This document shows, piece by piece, positions 53,504 through 64,000 of a stretch of 64,000 bases of DNA. The notes below the pieces were generated by a model, which saw only the letters and a list, made by a program, of their open reading frames with translations, was not told the DNA's origin and ran no database searches. The DNA lies in assembly GCF_009914755.1 (NCBI RefSeq), contig NC_060936.1. One strand, given 5' to 3'. The position numbers and the translations under genes were made by a program. Source of the stretch: the human T2T-CHM13v2.0 reference genome, Homo sapiens. How positions within the stretch are numbered: position 1 is the first letter of the stretch; each line of letters begins with the position of its first letter.

Positions 53504-55296
53504 AAGTCTGGGTCTTGCTAGACTTCCCCTTTCCTGGGCTTTTGGCTAACGAGAGGAGGCTCTAATTGGGGCTTTTTTTTTTTTTTGGTCTGTACCTTTT
53601 GATGTTTCTGGGTTCCCCAGGAATCCAGAGAACTCTGCTATGTTATTCCTCAGGTCCTGGGGTTCCCTTCTGGTCTACTGCTTCTCTCCTCTTTTAGAGT
53701 CTTTTTATGTTTCTTTTACATATAACGTACAGGGATTTTGGTTGCACTTAGTAGGGAAAGATGTGTCTACTCCATCTTTCTGGAAGCAGAAGTCTCCAGG
53801 CCACTTTATGTGAAGAGTTTTGTCCACATTTCATTTCTTTTTGCTCACTAGTGAAGTCTTATTCATTTCAATTTAGTATATAAAACTTATAGCTGAAAAA
53901 TATATTTCATTTTCATGGAAAAGGACTCCTACTTCTGAAACCTTGCATTGATATTTCTAGACATTTCCAGGGCACCAGTCATAACATCAAGTAAGAAGCC
54001 TATTGCCATCCTCCGTGACATCCCCTTCCTCAATATCTCTTTTGCCCAATGTTGCAATAATACTAATCCCAGGTGTGTTGACTAGTGCCACTCATAATCA
54101 CATTAGTTTATCCTACTTATGCTGATCCTTGTCTTCTTGTCCTGTTAGTGTCTTCAGCTCGTGGCTCTGTTCCTTTTACACTCTTGTTAGCACATGTGAT
54201 CATACACACTTACATTGGACTTGTCCTTTTGTCCTCATGATAACTGCTGACTGTTAAAACACTTCTTGGATGAAGCACCCTGATGTAGCACCCTGGTAAA
54301 AGCAATGGGCTTTGAATTGGGATGTTTGGGTTCCGACCTAGTTTTGCCACTAATCAGCTGATCGTCTCCTTCCCCTAGATGTTTAGCCTCAGACCCCTCA
54401 CCACTAAAGTGACAGGTGTAGAACTAGATCATCCCTAGGGACCCATCCTCTGGGAAGTATCTTCAGGTTCAGGCTAGTCAGCTCTGATAAAAGTCAAGAG
54501 CACCGTCAGACCAGGAGGTTGAGAATGGAGGTATCACCGTAGGTGTGCCCTCCTTGATGAGTTTTTGCTGATGGATATATTAACCAGCAGTGGACGGTCA
54601 CTACAGGTAGAATCTTCAACGAGACTCCTATTTTAGGTTTCTCACCATAATTTCTTAATTTTTGTTGGCAATTGTGCTTGAAGCAAAAACCAAATTAGAA
54701 ATGATGTTTGTCTGTTGTTCCCCTTGAAGTTAGGTGCCTTGATTGCGGGTCCTCTTTCTGTCTGCCACTTCCTCGCAGTCCCCCCCAAACCCCTTATAGT
54801 CCTCCCTGAAGCTGCAGTGTTCACCCTAGCAAGGCAAGTACCTGTGCTCCCTTGGTGCCTCCCATGGCACTTGTGCCAAATGCAAGAAAGAGGAGCCAAC
54901 GCAGGGCCCGCTGCCCAGCAGGGGAGGTGGAGGCAACGCAGGTGTGATGTACACAGTCCCTCTCAGGTCAGGGAGGAGAGGGAAGTAGGGCTAGGAGGAA
55001 AATGGGGCAGGAGAGGAAGGGAGAGCACAAGGGAGAACTAGTGGAAGGGAGAGGTGGATGAGCAGGACAGCTCGGAGAGACAGGAACGCAAACAGAGGAG
55101 AATTTTCGCTCGGGGTGGGAATGAATCATCCTCACCTGCCAGCCGCGGGCCTCAGCAAGCTGGCAGCTTCGTCCTCTCAGACTGTGGGTTGCTTTTAGCT
55201 GTCAGCCTTGGATGGTGGGCTCATGCATTCTGTTCCCACTCCAATCTGCCAGAGGGACAGGGTCCTTCCCCGCAGCACTGAGGCTTGGCCAGTCGT

Positions 55297-55348
55297 GATG
55301 CCTATGGCGACCGCAGAATCGACCTCAACGAGCTCGTCGCCGGGCACC
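55297..55348. promoter_or_regulatory. CpG-dense patch with two RFX-like palindromes
   Basis: GATGCCTATGGCGAC (55297-55311) and GTCGCCGGGCACC (55336-55348); 10 CpGs within 55271-55350. Confidence 0.4.
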
Positions 55349-55641
55349 GTTTTAGCAGCCCCACCACCCATTTTTGGAAACACAACCCTGGCCTCCCATT
55401 CACAGCAGAAAAGGGCACAAGGCCCTTCGTGTCCCACCACCTCCCTTCTCTCTGGAATCACTGTGGCTCTGGTTGTGGAAGTTTGTCATGAGTGGACCCC
55501 AGCAAGGAATTGGTGCATGATATAGTTTTCGTTTTCAAAGGACCATGATTTCCATGGATTACTTTGTGCAAAGGATGCCAAAACCAAATATTTAAAGTAA
55601 ATGAGGAAAAAATATGCTTGGAGTAAAAAGCATCTGGACCC

Positions 55642-55945
55642 TGTGCATGTGCGTGTGCATGCGTGTGTGTGTTCCAGGAGCTGACTCTAGCTGTGAGGAT
55701 GGCTCGCCTGTGTGTGTGTGTGTGTGCATGCGTGTGTGTGTTCCAGGAGCTGACTCTAGCTGTGAGGATGGCTCGCCTGTGTGTGTGTGTGTGCGTGCAC
55801 GCATGTGTGTGTGTGCATGCGTGTGTGTATTCCAGGAGCTGACTCTAGTTGTCAGGATGGCTCCCCTGTGTGTGTATATGTGTGTGTGTGCGTGTGCATG
55901 TGCGTGTGTGTGTTTCAGGAGCTGACCCTGGCTGTGAGGATGGCC
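55642..55945 (+). repeat. Composite tandem repeat: 4 x 37-bp core separated by variable (TG)n/TGCA tracts
   Basis: Core ttccaggagctgactctagctgtgaggatggctcgcc at 55672, 55741, 55830 and 55913 (last two diverged); RY tracts of 30, 32, 52 and 46 nt. Confidence 0.97.
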
Positions 55946-55947
55946 TT

Positions 55948-55997
55948 CCTATCCTTCCCTTCTCCTGGCTGCCCTATCCTTCCCTTCTCCTGGCTGC
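55948..55997 (+). repeat. Perfect 25-bp tandem duplication
   Basis: cctatccttcccttctcctggctgc x2. Confidence 0.95.
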
Positions 55998-58100
55998 CTC
56001 CCATTGTGACATGGATTTTTCTCTCATCTTTCTCTCCCTACTCCCCTTGCAGCATGAGAGGCCCAGTACCTGTAAGACTACCAGGCTCCATCACTCTCCA
56101 GAGAGGCCAGTTCTGCCTCTTAGGAAGGGCCTAGATCAGCGCAAATCTCACCATCATGATGTCCCCAACTGCTCCGCCCGTGTATGTGTTGGGTATTTCC
56201 AACTGTCCCCAGCAAAGCCTGCCTCCTCCCCACCTCCTGAGCCCTGTGGGGTATCAGGAGCCTCACCACTCGAGCGGGGAAGAAGGACAGAGCAGCAGCC
56301 TCAGCCCACAGCAGCCCTGCGGTGGAGAGCTGCAATGAAGGCAGGCCTTATATAGACAGGAAAAGCAGGGTGACTGGAAGTACTCAGTCACGGGCAGAGT
56401 CAGAGCCCTAGGACCTTTAGGGACAAGGCAGGTGAAAGACCTGTTAGAATTAGGGAGTGAGGGGCTGGAGGTGGGGGGTACACTGGAATGTTACGGTTCT
56501 ATTTTTCGCTGAGTGAAAACCACTAACAACAACTACAGAAGCCCTGCTCCTTCTGTGGGCTAAAATGGCACTGCTGGCTGTGTGTTCAGAGCAGCTAAGA
56601 ACCAGGAGGAACAGAGCCCTTGCCTCTGTTCCTAGTCCCCGGGCCCTGGCCTTGCCGGAGTCACCGGAGGCAACCAAGAGCCCCTCGTTCAGAAAGCAGC
56701 CATGAGGTAGCCTGGCCACCCTTTCACCTTTTACACCAGGGAGCCCAGAGGTTTCCAGGGCTTGCTGAAGGGAATCCAATAAGAAGAAGATTTCAGATCC
56801 TCAGGTGTGTGCAGGGGATTAGCCCAGCGCTGCTGTCTGTCCACCCTGAGGCTCCTCCCCCATCCTCAGGATTGCTGGGCTGGAGGCAGAAAGCTGCACC
56901 ATCCTTCTGAAGCTCTGCCCCAAAGGAATTGCAGATGTCTGCTTCCTTTCATTTGGGGAGAGAAGTCGGAGGCACAGGGGCCATGAAAGGGGAAGGCGTT
57001 TGACTTAGATAGCCTCTCCCTCCTGGCTGTCCCTCTGAGCTGTCCTGTGGAGCCAGGAAGAGGCTTTCTGGGCCCCAGAGCTGTCTTCTTGCTCGAGCTA
57101 GGCCCTGGCTCCCCACGCCCAAGACCCCGGCTCCCCACGCCCAAGCCCCCCCCATGCCCACCTGCCACTCCACTGCCCTTAGCTCGTTACCCCTGTGGCT
57201 GTGGAGGTCCCTCAGGAAAAGCAGCTCCCCAGGCAGGGGTCCCTTCCTTCCCTCACCACAGCCCCAGCCCCACTGCAGGACGCCCAGGATACCACAAAGG
57301 CCCCCCACAATCCCTGCTGGCAAGGCCGTCCTTCCACAGCACACACCGGAGAGGCCTTCTCTATGTGCCTCGATAACCTCAGACCTGGCTTCTTAGAGAA
57401 ACGGGTCAGGCAGTGACGTTTGTGGCTTTGTACTCCATTAAGTGCTCTTCAGGCCCTCCCTGGATCTTTTGAGATCATGGGGATAAGGGGCGGTGCCCAG
57501 CAGACCTGGCTGCTTAAACCATGGTCTCCAGGAGATAAGAGATGCATAAGCTCCAGGAGCCCAGCAGTGAGACAGGCGCCCCCGCGGCCAGAGGCTCACA
57601 CTGTATGCTTTGCTTTAGGGCTCGGGAGAAAGCACATTGAGCTGCGAGTGAGTAAGTTTGCCCTATCTCTGTCATTAATTCAATTTAATTCAGTCACCTC
57701 CGCTTCATAGTAAGTGCTCAGTAAATCATCTCACTTTTTTTTGAACCAGAGAATAAATATATTGATCAATATGTAAATAAATAGATATTTAAGAGATGCC
57801 TATACAATGGATTTGCTGAGTTTTCAAACTATTGAAATCAGGAGGAAGGGGCTATGCTGGAGGAATAAACGTGTCTGAATGTAGGTTTGTCTCATGTTGA
57901 GTACGTAGCAGAGAACCTATTCTACGGGATAGAATTGTGGAATAAATGACATGAGGGCACACTGAGAAAAGACTCTGAAAAGCATGCAACTCTGTCCAAG
58001 CCTAACAATTCAAAATGTAAGTAAAATTTATGATATAAGTGAATTGGCTGCTAGAAAGATACTCTCATAAAATAAGCTGGTTCTTGGGCCGACCCAATGC

Positions 58101-58396
58101 TTTTTTGTTTTCTTGAGAAGGAGTCTCGCTCTGTCGCCCAGGCTGGAGTGCAGTGGCGTGATCTCGGCTCACTGCAACCTCCGCCTCCTGGGTTCAAGTG
58201 ATTCTCCTGCCTAAACTTCCCACGTACCTGGGACTACAGGTGTGTACCACCACGCCCAGCTAATTTTTGTATTTTTACTAAAGACGTGGTTTCACCATGT
58301 TGACCAGGCTGGTCTTGAACTCCTGACCTCAGGTGATCCACCCGCCTCAGCCTCCCAAAATGGTGGGATTACAGGCGTGAGCCACCACACCCAGCC
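58101..58396 (-). mobile_element. Alu, AluSx-like, full length
   Basis: Reverse Alu dimer; TSD acccaatgcttttt at 58092-58105 and 58398-58411. Confidence 0.95.
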
Positions 58397-58859
58397 TACC
58401 CAATGCTTTTTGAATGACTGCATGAACAAATGAAAGCAATTTGATAAAGCGTGAATGACTCTACCATCTATCCTATCCCCATAGGCCCCCTCCCCCAACA
58501 CTCTTCCCCTCCTCAGTTTGAATTGCCATGTGAATTTATTGCTCCTGCCAAATGAAGTCAGCTGAGATGGAAATGTTAATTTATTGGACCAGACATGTGT
58601 CAACAGAGCTCTGATAAAATGCAGCGACATGCTGTTCCAAAGCCCGCTATCCCGAAACCTCCTACCATCCTGCTGCAAAACTGCTGTGTTTGAGGTTTCA
58701 CAGCCCCTCTGGCTGGGTCTGGCCGCCGTCCTACCATCTCACTCAAGTCCCGCCGTCCCTCCATAACCTCATGTGAGACACACGGGTCCCCAAAGCCAAC
58801 CTGACCTTTCCCACCTGCATCTTTGCTCACCATGGTCCTTCCACGGAGAAGGCCCTCCA

Positions 58860-59105
58860 CTGCCATTTAGGCCATTGGAACTCTTCTGTCCTTTAAGGCC
58901 CAGCTCAAATGCCTCCCGTTCCTGAGCTAGAGGTGAGCTTCCCTTCCTCTTCCCCAGGCACTTCTTTGTTAGGGAACAGGAGTTTTCCTCTCCTGCTAGA
59001 CTATAAGCTCCTTAAAAGCTGAGACCATCTGATGAGTTTTTAAATAACCCCCCACCCAAGGCTGCCCCCAAAACTCAAATCAGTGCCTTGCATAGCAGGG
59101 ATGCA
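58860..59105 (+). mobile_element. L2 LINE 3' fragment
   Basis: tcctttaaggcccagctcaaatgcctcc...tcctgctagactataagctcctta...cagtgccttgcatagcagg. Confidence 0.65.
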
Positions 59106-59129
59106 ACATTAGGCAGTGCAGAGAGAGTG

Positions 59130-59255
59130 GGATTCAGAGTAAGACTGGCCCAAGTCCTATCCCGTCTCCGTTATTTGCTGGCCGTGGGACCCGGGATAAG
59201 TGGCGTAATCTCTGAGTTTTAGTTGCCTTATCTGTAAGATGGGGATGACACTAGT
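59130..59255 (+). mobile_element. MIR SINE
   Basis: taatctctgagttttagttgccttatctgtaagatggggatgaca. Confidence 0.6.
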
Positions 59256-59764
59256 CACCCGTGTTCCAAGTGTCACTTGATTTACTGTCTGCACATGGCA
59301 CTCACTCAGGACATAGCTGCCTGTCTCTGTATTCTCCTCACTCCACTAGAGCCCATCATTTTCAATATTTCTTTTAAAAGGACTAGCACTTAAGCAACAC
59401 AAACTTCCCATTCCTTTTGTGGCTCAGAATTTGGGAATGGGAATTTTACTGAGATCATCAAAGGTGAAGTCGTACATAAGCCATGAGGCAGACACCAGCT
59501 TCCCGTGGATGGCCGGATTTTGATTGCCTGTGCTTAGTGGGAACAGAAGGGAAGGGAAGGACCTGGGAGGCCTGGATAGGAACTAAGTTCAGCTGGTGTC
59601 TTTATGCCTGCGTCAGGCTTCCCACCTACCAGTGTCAAAGGAAGGGCAGCGTCCTTTGAGATGTCAACAGCTATTCTGAGATTTTTAAAAAATGAAAGGG
59701 TTCTGTGTTCCGGGTGTCAGCTGACTGCAGCCTCTACCTCTGATTGAGTGTCACAGGGCATACG

Positions 59765-59845
59765 AGCTCATTAAAGGCTCTGAGAAGTCCTGTAGCAAAG
59801 AAACCTTTGGACTTTGCTTAACCCAGTGTTTCCCAAGTTTTTTGT
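59765..59845. mobile_element. MER112-like hAT fragment
   Basis: attaaaggctctgagaagtcctgtagcaaagaaacct...actttgcttaacccagtgtttcccaa. Confidence 0.65.
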
Positions 59846-61404
59846 ACCCCTTACTGAATGTGGGCAGCCCTGAGCTGGAGATGTCACTTCTAGCCAGAGG
59901 GCAGTCAGGTGTCTGCCGGGGAGACCCTGGCTTCAGTTGGACAGGGGTGCTGGGATCACGGGCTTTCTTTCTCCCAAGAACTGGCCCAAAGGCCAGTTCT
60001 TTTCCCAGGGGACCCAAAACAGGGCTTACCGCCTCCTGGAGTCAGGTATGAGTCATGCCCACCGGGCTCTCTTCCCCAAGGCACCCGACACGGTCTGTGT
60101 GTGCCATGGGCTCCTGTTCCATAGGCACGCACACCCTCTTCTGCTGGGCAGATACCTCTGTGGCATGCGAGTGTGGGACCTGAACCCAGGTTCTGTCAGG
60201 GTGGCGAGGGGGCTCACGCAGAGGATCCACTTTTCTGTCTTGCTCTTGTATGTTTTCTCTTCCTATTTGCCTTTTTATTCTCCTTTGTATTTTTAAATGT
60301 TCCTCTCTAGTAATTTTTGCTAGTCTTTTTTATCTCTCACCTTGTTTCTTCCACTGTGAGTAGGCTCAACCATTCGCCTGTTGTCCTATGAGCCACATCC
60401 ACGCTTTTCTACCTACGTTTCCAAACTTGAGCCTGGCCGGTACACTGACTTCCAAGCCTCCCGTGGAGGCCGCGCAGCGCCCCTGTAGTGCCCCATGGCA
60501 GCAAGCTGGTGACCTGAGCTGTGATCATGAAAAGGAAATATTCAGCTTTTCTTCCAAGTGGAAATACTTTATGTATTTTCTCCAAGGCCACAGAAAATGA
60601 AAATAAAAAACAGTACTGGCAGCAGGAATAACACCACCGTCCCAAGAAGAAGAAATGAAAACAGTGACACACTCTGTGGCTGCCGCTCTCCTCTGAGTTG
60701 GTCAAGCAGAGGCCCTGGGGAGGCAGAGGTCGGACAGTGGTGACCGTCAGTGGCAGTTACAGCCCTGTGTGTTCGGGGCCTTCCTGCTTGATGTGACCAG
60801 AGCTGAGCTTGGCGGCTCTCATTGAGCAGCTAATGCAGGAGTCCCCGCCATGGTGGCCTCGTCCCCCAGCCCCTCTCTGTCTTTGCTTCTCTCTTTGCCT
60901 ACCTTTCTCTCCTCCAAGTGTGGTCAACCTGCCCTTTCCCTGGCCAGCTCTTATCAGGCACCCCTTCCCCGCATTTCCCGGCCACCCTTCTCTTATGCGC
61001 TGGGTGACTCTCAGTGCTGACTGCAGGCTTCTCTTCCTGCTCCTTCCTCTCCCCTTCCCTTTCTGTCCTCTCAGAGGAGCCCAGGTTTCAGGCTTTGCTG
61101 AGGTGAGGGTGTGGGGGCGGGACCTCTTCACGTGTATCCTCAAGCTGGTCCCTTCTTGTCCTGCGGGTCCCAGCTCCAGTGCCTCCTTCTCAGAGAGGCC
61201 TCTCTCAGCCCTGGTTGTTTTCCTTTGACAGCTCATCGCTATTTTAGAAAGGTCTTATTTGTTCACTCATTTACCGTCCTTCCCACCTGCGTGCACCTCC
61301 GTGACAGCACCCTTCCTTTATGGCTCGCTTTCTCTTTCTTCTCTTGTTCCCCACTCTATTTCGTGGGCCTGGAAAGTATCAGGCACATTGGAGATGCTCT
61401 ATCG

Positions 61405-61518
61405 GAAAGGAAAAGGAATGAAAGAATGGAAGGAGTGGTGGAAGAAAAGGAAGGAGGGAAGGAAGGAGGGAGGAAAAGAGAGGGGAAGGGAGGAAGAAAA
61501 AAGAGAAGGAAGGAAGGA
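61405..61518 (+). repeat. GA-rich (GGAA-like) low-complexity tract
   Basis: ggaagaaaaggaaggagggaaggaaggagggaggaaaagagaggggaagggaggaag... Confidence 0.85.
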
Positions 61519-61569
61519 GTGGGGGACGATTGTAATATTTATAAGTTTTAACCCAATAGGGTAGCTGCT

Positions 61570-61710
61570 ACCGTCTCCATTTTATAGAGGGGAAACTAAG
61601 GCACAGTGCTTAAGGAATTTGTCCCAGGTCAAACCACTAGTAAGTGGCAGCACCTGGCTCCAGAACCAGTCTGTCTCCAGACTCTGGGCTCAACCACCAC
61701 GCTCTGAGCC
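61570..61710 (-). mobile_element. MIR SINE
   Basis: ctccattttatagaggggaaactaaggcacag...ttgtcccaggtca...ctagtaagtggcag. Confidence 0.8.
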
Positions 61711-61849
61711 TGCAGTAAGATGTACAAGGCAGAAGTCCTGTGGGTGACAATTGGGACTCCACCCACCATGCCAGGGAACGTCTCCATCAGAAGTGGGAGA
61801 AGAGGAGTTAATTTTTACTTGACACTGACTGTGGAAGTCATTATCTCAG

Positions 61850-62000
61850 ACACAATTTCACTTCGTTTTCATCACAACCCTCTGAAAAGGACCCTTTACA
61901 AACGAGGACTCTAAGAATCAGAGAGGCTAAGGGACTGGCCAGAGTTCACACAACTAGCAAGAAGCAGAGGCCGGATTCGAACCCAGCTCTTCTAGCTCCA
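61850..62000 (-). mobile_element. MIR SINE
   Basis: tcacaaccctctga...cagagaggctaagggactggccagagttcacacaactagcaagaagcagaggccggattcgaacccag. Confidence 0.75.
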
Positions 62001-62453
62001 CATCCGGAGTGTTCACATTCCTCATGCTACTTGGCTTTTCATCACAGACAGTCCTTTAGATGTTAGTGACTGCCTCTCCCTGTTGTGGAAAGTCTTGTTC
62101 CGTACACACCTCTCTTAAACATGCTTGCAGTGGATCAAGTGTGCTGTTGCAGTCACTTCTATACAATGTGGAGCAGCCAGTCCTCTGGCAAGGATGTCGC
62201 TTTGGTCCAATGGTGAAATCAGACCTAGCTCATGTCATGCTGATGTAGAAGGCCTTCTCCTAAAAGTGGCCGTTTCCATGCGTGGGGAGACTCCTTGTAG
62301 CTAGCCCATACTCTGCGATGCGGGTTGTATCTGTGGCTCCCGCCCGGTGATGTCCTGTCATGATCAGCTTCCAGCAGTTGTGACCCACTTGCAGTCATTC
62401 ACCTTCACCTCATGGGCCTGCACGGTAGTGGCTACAGACACCCACAACAGGTT

Positions 62454-62590
62454 CAGTGGATCTCAACTCTGGCTGACAGTGCTTGTGGGTGCTTTTAAAA
62501 ACGCTAATGCCTGGGGCCCTTCCCTGGCCGCTGTTTACCTTGTCTCTGGGGATAGGGCCCAGGCAGTTTGTTAAAAATTCCCAGGAGGTA
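62454..62590. mobile_element. MER5-family fragment
   Basis: cagtggatctcaactctggctg...gcttttaaaaacgctaatgcctggggccc...tctggggatagggcccaggca...ttaaaaattcccagg. Confidence 0.65.
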
Positions 62591-64000
62591 CGCGCCAAGG
62601 ACCTCTTTCTGGCCTGTCGGATCAAGGGGCCCTGTGCGTGTGCTGCAGTCTGTTTGGTGGCATGTGACTGGCTGCAAGGTGGTCCAGGCGGATGACAAGG
62701 GAGAGGTAATGATGCTGTTAATCAGAAACATTAATCTGTGCTAATGTATCATCCCTCCCAGGTAGCAGAACGTTCTCATTCAGTTAAAAATCTCATCTCC
62801 TTGAAAAGGCCCTTGAGAAGTGAGTGATGTGAATGCTGACAGTTTTGGAAACCAGAGAGAGATTTTGGGCAGGAGACTTTTCACTGTGCTCCAATTCCCC
62901 CCTGCAGGTGGCTACCCCTCCCGCCTGTAGCAATAAAGATTGACACAGGAATGGCAAGGGGGGCCTCCCAGAGCAGACATTCTTCTAGCTGCATATTCAG
63001 CAAATACCTGTGCGGGGCCTCCCAGGTACAGGTGCTGGGCTCAGCAGGGACTTCAGTGGAGACCAAAACCAGGTGCAGTTCCTGCTGTTACTGGGCTTAC
63101 ATCAAGCAGAGGAAGTTGACCTTACTTAAGTGATTCTTTCCCACAGGATGAGGGAGCCGCTCCCTCTCTGCTTTTGGGTCCCTGTCTAACCTTCTGCCTC
63201 AGCTCGCTCAGCTGCATAGACAGATAGACAGAACCCTAGCATTACGGCAGGCATCTCCCAGGCTGGCTTCTCCTGGGCTGCGGGTGGCCTTTGATTTTGG
63301 AGCCTCTGCTGCCCCACAGTGCTCCCCACCTCCCACCTCTTTTGCCTTTGGATGGGGTCTTCCACATTTCAGATGGCTATAAATACAACAGGTGCAAGTT
63401 CAGACGCTCCAAGGAGAGCAACCACTGCCATTGGGTTGTGCAGTAAGGTGTGAATGACTAACATCGAATCTGTCCTGAGAGTAGGTTTTAGTAGAGAGAG
63501 AGAACCTGGCAGAGTTGCGGGCCTGACGAGGGCAGGGGAAGAGCCTGTAAAACAAGCCCTGCCCACAGCAGACTGTTGCTCAGTTAGGCCAGAGCCCTGT
63601 GGAGGAGATGAGTGTTTGAGTGAGGAGAGAGAGGAGGAGGAGGGCAGGAAGAGGAGGAAAAGGCTCTTGTGTTATGTTCCAGTTATGCACCACAAGGACT
63701 GCATCATCCCGGGAAGGGCCCAGGATCCCTCCTCCAGCAAGTAAAATGAGTTTCAAAGAGCACTTGGGCAATCCTGATCAGTGGGACTCACCTTTGCCTG
63801 CAGGGAGCTGACACCCCTGGACAACTGGCCAGTGGAGCCTCTAGGGAGGTGGGGTCCTACAACCTGACACGAGCCAGGTTTAGCCTCAGATGCAGCCCAT
63901 GCTGACCCCCAGTGGGAGCATGCTGACCCCCAGCTCCACTGCTTGTAGAGGGGATTGGGAGCTGAGGGGTTCTTTACCTCCTGGAGTCACAGAGCCCCTT

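Larger units (their letters stand above)
50221..53800 (-). mobile_element. Old L1 (L1MC/MD-type) fragments: 3' end, ORF1 region and 5' region
   Basis: cccttcacccagtttcccccaat...tatcaaaaccaggaaactgac (3' end); gtttctgatgagaaat..., cttcactgagcttcttgaatctgtaggtttatgtc (ORF1 region); cctcattactg 5' repeats. Confidence 0.85.

Noticed and set aside
55285-55491. EF-hand/calmodulin-like gene or pseudogene
   Set aside because: Similarity is limited to ~14 residues, with key loop positions wrong (Y at 3, R at 6). There is an in-frame stop just upstream, no second EF-hand, and no polyA/TSD. Kept only as an alternative in the findings.
55642-55945. CRISPR array
   Set aside because: The repeat-spacer look is superficial. 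Spacers are low-complexity TG tracts related to each other, the DNA is human and there are no cas genes.
61970-61990. tRNA-like B-box (ggattcgaaccc; also 23401, 27744, 49622)
   Set aside because: No cloverleaf. At least the 61970 copy lies within a tRNA-derived MIR head.
63371-63445. DGYKYNRCKF... peptide resembling a FLYWCH/WRKY-type start
   Set aside because: Only a 5-residue resemblance and a stop after 24 codons.

Overview
This is human non-coding genomic DNA, either deep intron or intergenic. The evidence is a consensus-perfect AluYa5 (a human-specific subfamily), Alu/L1/L2/L3/MIR/MER/MaLR repeats, and general CpG depletion. I found no credible protein-coding exon, RNA gene, CpG-island promoter or CRISPR array. 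The supplied ORFs are short, low-complexity or repeat-derived and look spurious. I cannot name the host locus. Much of the window is recognisable transposon fossil, often nested with readable target-site duplications (TSDs). Repeat subfamily names come from my memory of consensus sequences, not from a RepeatMasker run. The most interesting observations are: (i) a near-perfect 5x103-bp tandem repeat that expanded across the breakpoint of an old small inversion inside L1 debris (52334-53503); (ii) a repeat-spacer-like array of a 37-bp core separated by variable (TG)n/TGCATG tracts, each core resembling a 15-nt cryptic micro-exon (55642-55945); (iii) several candidate enhancers, including paired RFX X-boxes (17462-17502; 55297-55348 in a small CpG-dense patch), a TAATTGATTA site bracketed by a direct repeat (28949-29048), and an E-box/MEF2 cluster next to the young AluYa5; (iv) an L2-derived 66-bp minisatellite and a duplicated Alu tail plus TSD. 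None of this demonstrates a new biological system. These are hypotheses to test.
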